A stretch of 64,000 nucleotides of DNA from Cyanophora paradoxa CCMP329 (Eukaryota > Plantae > Glaucophyta). Below, in pieces: positions 30,656 to 42,837 of the stretch. The notes under the pieces were generated by a model. The model worked only from the letters and a program-made list of their open reading frames with translations. It made no database searches and had not been told where the DNA came from. Position 1 is the stretch's first letter. Every line of letters begins with the position of its first letter. The position numbers and the translations under genes were made by a program. The stretch is from positions 1-64,000 of the forward strand of contig QPMI01000418.1 in assembly GCA_004431415.1 (NCBI GenBank), written 5' to 3'.

Positions 30656-31709
30656 TCGCGATGGGATCAAGTCCGGATCCCCCGCCCCGACCCCTCTAGA
30701 TCTCTAGATCTCCCGAAATTTAAACATGACAAGAAATGCATGCATGCGTCTCGATATTATATATTGCCAAAAAAAGTTGCTTCCTCCCGCGGCCGCGTTC
30801 CTCATTAATATTGAACGAGAGAGACGGGGACGTCGACTCACTCAGTTATGGTATCGAAGTCCCATATATAGCTACGATAGCGATCGTGCTTACAATTGCA
30901 AGCTTCCGGGTACAATATGCATATTTATTAATCATGGATGAACCGTGAACTGGAGCTCGCTAACTATATATCCTAATTAAATATAAGCCGACTCGGCGAT
31001 GTGCGAAAACGAGAAGTCCTGGCCGATCGCGAGGGATTGGCGCATGGACTGTTAACGTTCTGGAATACCAGAATGGGAAAAAGTAACGCAGTCGACCGTC
31101 GGACAGCTAGGAATCAAATTAAACGTGAATAACGTGAATAGCTAGGAAGCAAGTCGAAGACGTGCACGTGAATAAAATTGAATCGGGCTTCGCTGCAGCT
31201 GCGTCGAAGTACCCCCGCGCGCCGATCCCCCCTCCCCTGCCCCCCCCCCCCCCCCCTCCCCCCCGTGCCAGGGCTTGAGCCGGCTTGAGCCGGCCAATAG
31301 CCCTCGGCCTCGTCCTGGAGTCGTCCACCACCGGTACCACCGGCGCCGCAGGTGCCCACCGCGCCCCGTCCTGCCGGCGCCTGCCGAGCTCGAGCCGCGC
31401 CGCCGCCTGCCGCGCAGCCACTGAGCTGAGCTGCCACGCGCGCGTCGCGCCTCCGAGGCTCCGTCCCGCTTGGCGAGCCGCGCCGACCGCTGCGCATGCC
31501 CGACCGCCCCGCCCGTGCTGTGCACATGCTCAAATCCCCCTTGCTACCCGTCGGATCGTCTGTCACGCTGTCCAAGTCGGCCAGTTCGCAAGTCGGACTT
31601 TTTTAAATAAGCTTGATGGTCCGTGACTAGCACTAGTACTACTTGTTCCGCATGCGCATGCTCCATCGCTTCTACGACATCGATACCGACATCGAATCTA
31701 CGGCGTACC

Positions 31710-34700
31710 CTAAGCATCGGGGGGGTACGATTCGGGAAAGACGAAGAAATAGAGGTTGGCCTGCGCGGGGCGAGGGGCGGGGCGGGGTGGGGGCAGGGGT
31801 CAGGGGGTTCGAAGGTGGGGCCGGGGGGGGGGGGGGGGGTTGTGGAGGAGACGGGGGGTGGAGGAGAGAGGGGGGGGGGGGGGGTGGAGGGGAAGGGACT
31901 CGCCTGGCGGTAGAGGATGAGGAAGGCGACGGAGGACCCGGAGGAGAAGGTGAGCGCCAGCGTGGCCGCGTGCTCCCTGCCCCGCGCTCGGATCAGATCT
32001 GATCTGATCTGATCTGAGCCGGCGCCCCACGCGCACCGGAGGAAGCGCCAGGAGGCGGCGAGGGCGAAGCGGTCGCGCATGGAGGGGAAGAGGCGCGTGA
32101 GGGCGTGGATGGCGGCCACGGCGGCGCCGTTGAGGCCTGCGGAGAGGAGCGAGAAGGCGAGGGCGGTTGTGCAAGCCGCCCCGTCGAAGGTGGCGGGGGA
32201 GTATGGAAACGAGGCGGCGCCGGGGCCCCAGCGGGCCACGAGGACCGCCGCGACGAAGACCGAGGTGGCCGCCCACGAGATGACCGCGTGCCACAGCAGC
32301 ATCGACCTGCTCGGCTTCATTAGGGTAGGTGCGGGGCGGGGCGGGGCGGGGCGGGGCGGGGCGGGGCGGGGCGGGGCGGGGCGGGGCGGCGTCAACGCAA
32401 TCGGCGTTCTATGCCCCGTTCTATGCCCTAGCTGTAGGGTCTCTTTTGCTCTTTCGCGGGTCGGGGCGGGGCGGGCGCGCCGGATGCCGGTCTGGACGTT
32501 GTACACCCACAGATCCTCGTCCAGAGGGGGCCCCTCGAGCTCCCGCTCAAGCTGAGCCCTCTCGGCCCTCTCGGCCCGCCCCTCCTCCCCGGCCTCCTCT
32601 AGATCTGGGTCCGCCTCCGCCTCCGGCCCCGGGGAAGGGGGGGGAGGAGACCCGTCCAGCGACCGCACGGACACTACCCCCGGACCCGCGTTCACGCCTT
32701 CGGCGCCGTTCTCTTCCGCGCCTCCGGCGCACGCGGCGGCGGCAGCGGAGGACTCGTCCGGCCGCGGGACGGCCGTGTCGACGGAGGCGGCGGCGGCGGC
32801 GGGGGCCGGGGCCGGGGCCGGGGCCGGGACCACGGCTGGGGCGGCGGAGAGGCGGCGGAGCAGGGCGGCGGCGGCGCGGGCGAAGGGGCGGGCGACGCGG
32901 CGGGCGAGGAGGGAGGAGGGGAGCAGGAGGGTGACGAGGTCCGAGGCGAGGGAGGCGGCGTAGACGGCGAGGGACTGGACCCGAAAGAAGGCGAACTGGC
33001 GGAAGACCCGCACGCAGAGCCTGCGGAGGTAAGATCGATATCCGGGTTAGATATATAAGATAAGATGTAGATACGGGTTAGCTTAGATTAGGATCCAGGT
33101 TATATTAGATCAGCGGCGTGGAGAGCTCGCGCACTCTAGATTACTAGATTAATATTACAGCTGCATTACTAGATTACTAGATTACTAGATTACTAGATAG
33201 GCGGCACGAGCGCACGGGATCGTGAGGGCAAGATAAGATGTAGGTACGGGTTATCTTAGATTAGGATCCATATTTTATATAGCTTAGATTAGGATCCAGA
33301 TTAGATTGATTAATAGGGCGCACAGGATCGTGAGGGCGAAGATAACGGCGGCGTCTCCGCGGGGCAGGGCGGCGGCGAGGGATCGGCCGAAGGCCCGCAG
33401 CTGGAGTAGGACGAGGTCAGAGGTGAGAGCCGAGGCACTTCTGGGCGGGGCCGGGCGGGGCGGGGCGGGGAGGGGCGGGTGGGGCGGGCGGGGGCGTGCC
33501 TGGAGCAGGACGAGGAGGAAGCAGACCGTTGAGTTCGTCACGTTGATGGCGACCTGCGGGGGAGGGGGGCGGGGGGGGGGGGGGGGGGGGGTCGGAGGTC
33601 GGAGAGGGCGGGGCGGGGAGCGGGGGCGGGGCCGGAAGGGCTAAGGGGGTCGGATTCCGGGCGTTCAGGCGGGGCGGAGGGCGGGGCAGAGGCCTAGGGC
33701 GGGCGGAGGGGGGCAGGGCGGGGCAGGGCGGGCCTGGGCGGGGGGCGGGGCGGAGGGGGGGGGGGGGGGGGGGAAGCGGGCCTGGGCGATGGTGGATCGG
33801 GCGATGGAGAATAGGAAGAGGTACCTACATTAGTCGAAGATTAGATCAAGGTTAGATCGATAGATAGATAGATTAGGATCCAGATTATATAATTATATAA
33901 ATGAAATCAGTGGCGGGGACATGAGGAGAGGAACATGTGTACCCGAAGAGCACGAACATGATCGACATGTTCACGAGCTGCGCCGGCGATCGGGAGGGAA
34001 GAACGAAGGGGGGGGGGAGCCTCGGGGGGAGGGCGGGGAGGGGGTACCTGAAATTTGCCGAAGGTGGCGAGGCCGCGGGCGGGGCGCGGGGGCGACGCGG
34101 CCGGCGCCGCCCCGCCCCCCGCCTCCGGGTCCACAGGGGCGAAGACGGCGGCGGCCGAGCGGCGGGCCAAGACGCGTGCGTGCACGCGGGCGCAGATCTG
34201 GTTGGTCACCTGGATCCGGAGCGGGTTTCGGAGGGGTAGGCGTGCGGTAGGAAAGGGGTGCGCAAGAGGAACCGCGCACCAGGATGTTCAGGAGGTTGGT
34301 GACGTAGCCGAAGGGCACGGTGCTCACTGCGCGCGCCGCCGCGTTGGCGTCGACGTCGACGCCAGCGCGGGCGGGCCGGGGCGCGCGCGCGCGCGCACGC
34401 ACGGTCGACGAGTGCGTTGACGGTGGTGAAGAAGCAGGGTCCCAGGAGGGTGAACAGGGCGACGTAGGAGGGTACGACGCGCCGGAGCGGGGCGTGGAGG
34501 AGCAGGGCGAACCAGACGGAGGCGCTGGAGGCGGGGCCCAGCGAGCCGAGGACGCCGAAGACGTGTACCCGGGCGAGGCGGTGGGGGATGGAGTGGTAGG
34601 GGAGGCCGAACTGGACGGCGGCGGCGAGGGCGGGGCCCGCCACGACCAGCAGCAGGGCGCGCGCGTTGGCCCAGCGGGCGCTCCCGGAGCCAGCTGGCGG

Positions 34701-35000
34701 CGCCGGCGGCGGCGGCGGCGGCGCAGGGGTGTGCTCCAGGGCGCCCCGCACGAGCCGCCAGAAGGCACGCGAAGCCGACTCCTCCTCAACGGGGGCGAGC
34801 CCCAGAGCGTCGGCGGTCGACGTCGCGAGGCCCGCCGGCGAACGCGTACGCCTGTCGACGTCGCTGTGCCGCCGCGCCCGCCCGCGCGGCTGGAGGCCGT
34901 GCGCATGGGCCGAAATCGACGGCGCCGCGTCGTCCAGCGTCACGACAGAGGCAACCGGCTCCGCGAGCGCGAGCTCCTGCGCATGCGGTGCTATGCATAT
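31710..35000 (-). CDS. Host multipass membrane protein, multi-exon, family unrecognised (5' end approximate)
   Basis: Series of hydrophobic exons (ALLLVVAGPALAAAVQFG; VPFGYVTNLLNIL; TNSTVCFLLVLLQ; LLWHAVISWAATSVFVAAVLV; ANLYFFVFPESYPPDA*) separated by C-rich introns ending in CAG. Confidence 0.7.
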
Positions 35001-36054
35001 GCGTTTGGGCGTGGTGCAGATCGACAGGAGGTTTGCGCACCGGAACGATACGCGCTCGGTGATGTACATGTACGGCAGATTCACGTCCGGTCGCTCGCTC
35101 CATCGATATCGCACCGGCGCGGCACCGGCGCGCGGCCGCAGAGGATCCCGGATTGATTAGGACATGGTACGGTTCCACGGCGGCGGTCGACGTCTGCGTC
35201 GATCTAGACTTCCCACCGATTCAAGATCTCGAGCTCGGAGGCAGCGCATGTCGGGCCAGGGCCGGCCTGGGCCGCCGGCAGAGAAGTTGCAAGCTTTCAG
35301 CCGCAGCCGAGACGCAGCCGAGAGTTTGGCTGATGTCAATGCAAAGATGCTACGAGTTGAATGGGCGCATCGCGGCCGGCGCTGGCCGCGCCCGTGTTCT
35401 CCCCTCTGAACTGATGAACGCTGAGCTTAGAGTGTCGTACCCCCTTGCGGACTGAGCAGTTTGTGCTTGACGAGAGGGCTGCCCAGCGCGCCCGCGAGGC
35501 TCTTGTAGCGCTCGAACGCTCCTCTTGCACGCTTTGCGCCGCCCGCGAGTCTCCTCAGACTCGCTCGGTGGGTGAACCGACCCATCTTCAACTGACATCC
35601 TCAACTTCGCTCGAACTCGGAGTCCCCCGAAAAGGTGTGCCCTGTATTCGAGTCCCCCATTTCAAGAAAGCAATCGTGCGTGCTGAAGATCTCTCACGCT
35701 AAGATTCCGCCAGCCTGAGCCATCCAGTCCAGCCAAGCGCAGCAGCCTGCGGGCTTTGGAGCAAGCTGGTCCTCTCTTCCTTTCGTCGGCATGAGCATCA
35801 AGTGCTGTGCGCTGCCGCCTCCCAATCTGGTCCTGCAGCGCGGCTGACGCGCCCTGGCCGCGGCCGCAGCTCGCCGCCCCAGGAGCAAGGCTCGAAAGCG
35901 GCGGGATGTCGGCCGGGACATCAGCGAAGATAAGGAGGCTTTCGAATCCCCTCGCGGTGAGCCCCTGCGGCCGGACGATGCCGAAGCCAGAGCCTTCGCC
36001 TGGAAGCGCACGCTCACCTCGGTCGCGCGCCCGGCAGAGGCCCATCCTGAGGAC

Positions 36055-36883
36055 GTGATCGAGGTTTACGAGGCGTACATGCAAAGCAACGTTGGCATCC
36101 TGGTGCGCCGCGCGGCCGTGGCCCTCTCCCTCGACGGGACTGACGTCGAGCGCTCTCGCCGCCGCCCCCGCAGGTCCTTCGCGTCGCTCAAAGCGAGACC
36201 TCGAGCGCTTCTGAATCTCCTAGCGATGCGGAGGAGCAGTTCGGCTGCGAGCAAGCGCGCGGCGGCAATGTGGTGCGCCGCCCGTAGCTTTCACATGAAG
36301 CGTTCGGCGCTCACGCGGGGCGCGCGCGCTGCGCAGAGCGTGGCTTCGCACGCGTCGCTTTTCTGGGGTGACCTGAGCATCGCCGGCGATCAGCCGGCGC
36401 GGAAGACCGGTCGGGCGCCGCTGGAGCCGAACCCGAACCTCTCTTGCCCGTGCTGTGCGCGCGCGCGCCCGCCCGCTCTCCCTCGCTCCTTGCGGCGCCG
36501 CTGACGGCCGCGCGGCAGGCGAGGGCGATGGCGAGCGACTGGATCTGGGCGCGATCGAATCGCACGCGGCGGAGCTGCGCCGCCTGTGGGAGGAGGAGGG
36601 CGCGGCGGCCCTCCGCGCCCTCCTCGCGTTCGGCGGCCCGCGCCCGAAACCCGAGCTGCTGCCCCCGCCCTCGTCGCTTCCCGCCGGCAGCCTCGCGGGG
36701 CACGTCTCCCGCTTCCACTCCGTGACGCCCCCCCCGCCGCCGCCGGTCCCCGCCGCCGGCCGCTCGCTCTTCGCCGCGGGTCCGGAGGCCTTCCTGCGGG
36801 GCTTCGCGAGCCCGGGCGGCGAATCCTTCTTCACGGCGAGCCCCGTCTACTTCGTTCTCGTCCGCCTCGCTGCGCCTCTTTGA
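36055..36883 (+). CDS. Host hypothetical protein, 3' exons (5' end unresolved)
   Basis: Coding-like last exon GEGDGERLDLGAIESHAAELRRLWEEEG...PVYFVLVRLAAPL* after an intron-like segment ending GCAG at ~36518. Confidence 0.4.
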
Positions 36884-37510
36884 GACCCGGGCGTCCCCGC
36901 TCCCTCCCTCCCCATGCCAACAAAGCCCACGCTTCAATGCCAGGCCTCTCTCTCTCTCTCCATATCTTTTCGTTCGGCTTCGTTTTCGCCAGCCTGCGAG
37001 CTGTGCTTATTATTGCTTGCGACGAGGCAAGAGTTTTATGTCGGCAGTGTTCCCAGCAGCGCTCAACTAGGGGCCAGTTGAAGAAAGCTCGCTTTTCCAG
37101 TACTGCATTCGCAATCAGATTCGCCTTGCTAGTGCACCAGTGATTCGATACGTAGCCTGCTGCCGCAGCTGTACAGTGCAGTGATTTATACTTGTAGTTT
37201 TTGCTTTCTATCGGTCGGATATTAATATTATATTTGTGTTCTTTCCCCTCGGATTTCAAGACTTGAAAGCCCCGCGCGCGCGCGCGCGTGCGGCCCCCTT
37301 CACAGAGCTCCAAGCTAGGATTCGTGCACGTGTACGTTTTAAGCTGCGCCCAAGATCTATATCGATTTCCAAGATCGCCCAGAGAGGCAGAGTTGTAAAC
37401 AATTGTACTAGTACTTAGAGACGAGAAGACGAGAATCAAATCGATATCGTTCTGCTTGAAAGAATTGAAATCTGATCCTGGTTATCCTAGCGACCAGAGC
37501 CTGCCGGCAG

Positions 37511-38548
37511 CTATTGCCCCGCGGCGCGCTTGACGGCGTCCATCCCGAAGCGGCGGAGGGCCCCGCGGCCGAAGACGAACGAAGCCAAAATGACGAACGG
37601 GAGGACGGGTACGGCGCGCGCGATGCTCTCGCCGCTCGTACCCGGGAAGAGCGTGGCGCGGGAGGGGTCCTGGGGGTCGTAGTGTACCCGGACGGGGGTG
37701 CCGGGGGCGTACTTGTCCAGGAACTGGCGGAGGCGGCGGGGGCCCTGGGGGCGGCTGACGAAGTGGGAAAGGGCGCCGTCGCGGTACAGGACGGAGGAGG
37801 AAAAGGGCGCCGAGCCGGAGGCGGCGGCGGCGCGGGCGGCGGCGAGCTGCGGGGAGGGCTTGACGCCCGGGCGCGGCGCATCGAACTCCCAGTCGGGGCT
37901 GTACGCGTACTCGACCACCGGGTTCCGCAGGAACGGGTTGCCGCCGGCATCCCGCTCCGCAAAGAGGAGCGTGAAGGGGTCCGAAGCGCCCTCCTCGCTG
38001 CCCGAGCGCACGACGACGCCGCTGCAGGAGGGCCAGGCGCGCGTTGCGCTGGCCTCCTGCACGGGGCCGATAGCCTCGCTCGCGATGTACGCCGACAGGG
38101 CCGCGAACGCCACCGCAAGCGCGGCGGAGACGGGCCAAGGCAGGACCGCGTCGAAGACGGGGCGATCGTCGTCCTCGGGCGTCGGCTTCTTCGGCGGCCA
38201 CGGGAGCACCGGATCCCCGGCTTCGTCCAGCTGCTCGCTTGGCTGCGGCTTCGGCGGCGGCTGCGGCGGCTTCACCGGGTCGCCGGCCGTGGCCGCGGCG
38301 GTCGGCCCGGTCGGCGGCCCGCTGTGCGTAGCGCGCCGCCCGAGCGGCGCCCGGAGCGGAGCCTCCAGGACTGCAGCGCGCGTGCGGACCAGCCGGGCGC
38401 CCGCCGCTAGCGAGCTCTCGGCCGCAGCCGCGCTCGGGGCCGCCAACCGGTGCGATGTGCAGAGTGCTCTGCGGAAGAGGCTCCGAGTCGCCAGAAGCGC
38501 CTCCGTGCGCGTCGCCAGGGCCGGGAGCGAGAGGCCTAGGCCCGCCAT
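37511..38548 (-). CDS. DUF3592-domain membrane protein with probable organellar transit peptide (345 aa, intronless)
   Basis: TM helix, then ATRAWPSCSGVVVRS...PVVEYAY...YAPGTPVRVHYDPQDPSRATL, then a second TM helix. N-terminus is Arg/Ala/Leu/Ser-rich. Confidence 0.8.
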   Translation of the reverse strand: MAGLGLSLPALATRTEALLATRSLFRRALCTSHRLAAPSAAAAESSLAAGARLVRTRAAVLEAPLRAPLGRRATHSGPPTGPTAAATAGDPVKPPQPPPKPQPSEQLDEAGDPVLPWPPKKPTPEDDDRPVFDAVLPWPVSAALAVAFAALSAYIASEAIGPVQEASATRAWPSCSGVVVRSGSEEGASDPFTLLFAERDAGGNPFLRNPVVEYAYSPDWEFDAPRPGVKPSPQLAAARAAAASGSAPFSSSVLYRDGALSHFVSRPQGPRRLRQFLDKYAPGTPVRVHYDPQDPSRATLFPGTSGESIARAVPVLPFVILASFVFGRGALRRFGMDAVKRAAGQ

Positions 38549-38985
38549 TACGTCGCTGGTCGAACGCGTACCCCCCGAAGAAGCGGTGCTCTGGAGCGGC
38601 CGGGCTGGAGCTCTTGGCCAGCTTTCGGTCGACGCGATGGAGTTCACGTTCGCTAGTGAGACAGAGGCCTTTGCAATATCGGTCCAGCCTGGCACGCGGT
38701 TGCGATGGCGACTGACTTGAATCGGTTGCTCGCGCGCAGTTACGTCACCGCCCGCAGGACAGCTAACCGTTCGAGTGCGCGAGGCTCAGGGTCCGAAACC
38801 GAGCGGCTGGTTGTGCGTTGGGCTCGCCCCGGGCGCCGGCCCTCGCGGCGCGACCCTCGATTGCTTGCCGACCCTGGCCGCGCGTGCGCAGCCGCAAGAA
38901 GAAGAAGACATGGCACCTGGAGCTTAGCTACGGTAAGCGAAGCGGTCTTTCCATGCTGCGCCCCCTCGCGGCGCGGCGAGCTCTG

Positions 38986-41900
38986 ATGAGCCCTCCGATC
39001 AGGCGCTCCGGGCTCCCTCACTCACAAGCAGACCCAGCCGACATCGGAGCGCCGCGCGGGATTCCCAGAGGTCCGCGCCGCGGCCGCCCGGCTCCGGGGC
39101 CGCATTCGAACCGCTAAGCCCCGCCCCGCGCGCCGCGCAGGCGTATGTGTTTCCTGTGCAGCAGCCGGAGCAAGAGAAGCTCGTCGTTCTGATGCAGAAG
39201 CACCGAAAGAAGGGTGGATTCAAGACCGGTTCGGTCCCCTCCCCCCGCCCTCCCGAGCCCCGCGGCCCCCGCCCCGCCCTGACTTCGTTCGCCACAGTGG
39301 GCTGGATCCGCCTCGATTTGGGGTACCCCTCTGTGCCCGCGGCCGTCTAGCGATCGAACCGACCGCCGCGCAGGGCCGCGCCGCAGGAAATGAGCGCGGA
39401 GAGGGAGTACAGGTTACTCAAGGGGAGCCCTACCCCCGGCCCGGGCGCCTCCACCTCCAGCTCGCTGAAGGTGTAACCCCTCCCCGCCCCGAATTTCCCG
39501 TACCCCGCTCACTTCCTCTACCCCCCTCCCTCCCAGGTTACCCTCTCGCTTGCGTACCAGCACAAGCCGGGGGCTGCCCCCTGGCCCAAGGCACCCCCTC
39601 CCAAGAGCGAGCTTCAGGCCCGCATCCAGGCCGAGCGGTGCCCTTTTGCAGCCGAGGGTCCTGCAAACGACGTAACCCCTGACGCGCTTGCGCAGGGGTA
39701 TGCCGCCTCCGGGGCCGAGGGCGCACGTGATAAACGTCGTCAACGTCGACGACGACCTTTCCAGCGCCCTCGACCTCACGTGTGCCGATTTCTCAATACC
39801 CCCTTCCTCCCGGCGTAAGCGGTACCCCCTCAGGGAGAGGGAAGCCGTGGCGGGTATACGAATGACCGTCGGGCCACCCCCTCCCATGTCCAAGTCGGGC
39901 ACGTCTACCGCCCCCCTTGCCCGGATTCCGTACCCCCCTTTGAACTCGTTCCTCACAGTGACGAGCTTGGAGGGTATGATTCCGAAGCCAAACGCGCGCG
40001 TCTCGATGGATCTGTACGACGATTCGAGCTTCCACGGTACCCAGGCGCGCCTTCCCCCCCCCCCACCCCTTCCACCTCCCCCAGCTTCAACGCCCTTTCT
40101 GAGCGAGCGGCGGCGGGCAGGCCCACAATCAGGCGCCCGGATCGCCGGCGCAGCCTCCTCCGCAGTCCTCGCGAGACTTCGGGGGGCCTGGCCCGACGTG
40201 AGTCACTGTTCATTCTCCGTTGACTGAGAGATAGAGGGCGCATAGTAGATGCAGCTAGGAACTACAATCTAGCTAGAACCCTTAAAGGGCGCTTGGGATG
40301 GCTGATGCGCCCCCCGTAGGCCCGCCCCAATCCCGGCGTGCGCCTTCCCGGCCGAGTCCGGTCCCGACCCCGCCCCGGGCCCGGCCCCCGCGGAGGACGA
40401 AAAGGACGAGAAGACGAGGCGCGTGGCGTACCCTCCCCCTCCCCCATTCGTTCGCGCGTACCCCTGGAGCTGACGGCGTACCCCAAGCTTCTGGAAGAAG
40501 CTGAAGAGCTTCCTGGGTAAGGAGATCACGGACGGCGGCCTCGGTACCCCCCCTCTCCTTCTCCTTGCCCCTTCCCTATCTCTGACTCTGGCTCCCGGCA
40601 GGCTTCTCGGTGCCGCCGCTGCCCGCGCCCTTGAAACCCTCCCCGCCGGATTCGAACCCGCGCAGATCCCGATCAAGTTCTTCGAGCCTTCGACGAACCT
40701 CACGCGTGCCACCGAGCTTTTCGAACACTCGGAGCTTCTGGACAAGGTCCGCTTACCCCCCGCAAACGCGCGTTGTACCCCGCCTGAACATGTTACCCCC
40801 CGGCAGGCTGTCGCCTCCCCGAGCGCCACGCACCGGGCCTGCCTCGTGGCCGCCGTGTTCGTTGCGGAGTTCAGGAGCTGTCTCGGCCGCAGTGCGCCTC
40901 AGTACCCCCACCGGCATTCTCCTACCCCCCGTACAAACTGAACGATTCTCGGTACCCCTCCGCAGAGAAGCCCCTCATGTCGATGCTGGGCGAGACTTTC
41001 GAGTGGACGCGGCCCGACGGCGGCGCCCGCGTTGTCGCTGAGATGGTGCCCCGTACCCCCCGCTGGCGACCCCTCCCCCCGCGCTCCGCCGTACCCCGCG
41101 CTCACTTCCACCCTCCCTCCCTCCCCCCCCCCCCTCCTTGTCTTTTTCAGACGGAGAGCCACCCGCCGTCCTTCGGCGTCCACGCAGAGGGCCTCAGCGG
41201 CTGGCACACTGAGCTGTGCCCGAAAGGGAAGGCGCGCTGTACCCCCCCCACTCCAGCCCTATCCGATGCTGATCCTGCTTTCCTTCCTGTACCTCCACAG
41301 GCCAAGTTCCTCGGCAACTCGCTCGAGATCAACTTTATGACCAGGGTTCGAGCCCTGTCGGGTCCACTTTCCGCTCCCTTCGCTTTCTTGAATCGGTACC
41401 CCTCTCAGGCACGGGTTCGGCTCGCGCCGGCGAGCGAGTGCGGAAGGCAGGAGGTTTACCGGTGGACGTACCCCTCGTGCGCTGTTGTACCTCTTCCCCC
41501 CCCCCCTCTCCTAACCACGTATCCCTCTCCTACCCCTCAGCATCATCATCCACAATCTGCTCTTTGGCAAGGTGCCTCCCGTACCCCCGCCCTTCTTCGA
41601 GCCCGCTCGCGTACCCCGCTGAAGCCGGGTGGTGTACGCTGAGCAGCGCTGGTTCGAGTGGGTCGGGAACGCGTCGCTGGAGTGCGAGGAGACCGGATTG
41701 CGGTACCCCCGGCTTCATCGCCCCCGAAAATTCTTAAACGGGCCCCGGGCAGAGTCGAGCTGAAGTTCGAGAAGGCGGGCTGGACGGACTCGCGCAAGTG
41801 GGAGGTGAACGGTCGCCTCCTCGACCGCGCCGGAAACGTCTGGTCGGCTGCCCGTTCCCCTTCCCCCCCCCCGAGCCTGGTCTCCTTTTCTTACCTTCTT

Positions 41901-42837
41901 CTCCTTCCTCCCCCTCTCAGCCGGACGCTGGCGGGGCGCTACCACGAGTGGTTCGCGTGGAAGGCGGCCGGGCCCGCCCCCCCGGGCGAGGAGGTGCGCC
42001 TTTCTAACAAACAAAGCGAAAGCGATCTTAGGGGAGCTCAAGATAGCTCAAAAAAGGAGAGTTGAACTTTGGAAGATCGCTCACTGTTATTGCCTGCCAG
42101 GGAGGGGAGTTGTGGCGGACGGCCCCCATCGACGAGGAGCGGAAGCGGAACCCGTGCAACATGACGCCCTTCGCCCTCGCCCTCAACGGTCCGCTCTTAA
42201 GCGCTTCCGCCCCATCCTCTCTTTCTCTCTTTATGTCTGAGACGACCGCTGGGCTGTGCAGACCCCGGCAGGGTGGCGGACGCGCCGCCCACGGACTCGC
42301 GGAGGCGAGGCGACCTCACGCACCTCCTCCGGGGCGACGAGAAGGTGGGGCCCGAACGCGTACCCACGCGTACCCCTGCCGACCCGCTGTTCGCTGACCC
42401 GGGTGCATGAACAGGCGGCCTCCCCCGAGAAGGACAGGATCGAGGAGAAGCAGCGGGCGAGGCGGCGGGAGGCGGAGAAGCGGAGGACACCCCACCGGCC
42501 CCGCTGGTTCAAGGCAAGCGGGCCGGACCCCAAAATAAGCCGCTCATAATTATATATAAGATTCTGTATTATTACGCGTTCTGAGCTTGGCGTATTCCTC
42601 TCTTCTAAGCCGCTATCATCATTGAGCTTCTTCTCATTAAGCTTAAACCCCTTCTATTACTACTACGCGTTAGATTCTTCTCTTTCCGATTATTCTGCGC
42701 CCCTTCTCACGCCCCGCGGTACGGTGCAGCCCGGCGACGAGGCGAGCGGGGACCTGCCGTGGGTGTACAGCGGGGGGTACTGGCAGCGGAGCCGCGCCCT
42801 GTCCCCCGACGAGGCCCGCGCCATGGAGATCTTCTAG
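38986..42837 (+). CDS. Host oxysterol-binding protein-related protein (paralogue 2), multi-exon; exons before ~40320 uncertain
   Basis: FWKKLKSFLGKEITD; PIKFFEPSTNL; MSMLGETFEWTRPDGG; TESHPP; KFLGNSLE; PPTDSRRRGDL; EKDRIEEKQRARRR; PRWFK; YSGGYW..EARAMEIF*. Confidence 0.85.
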
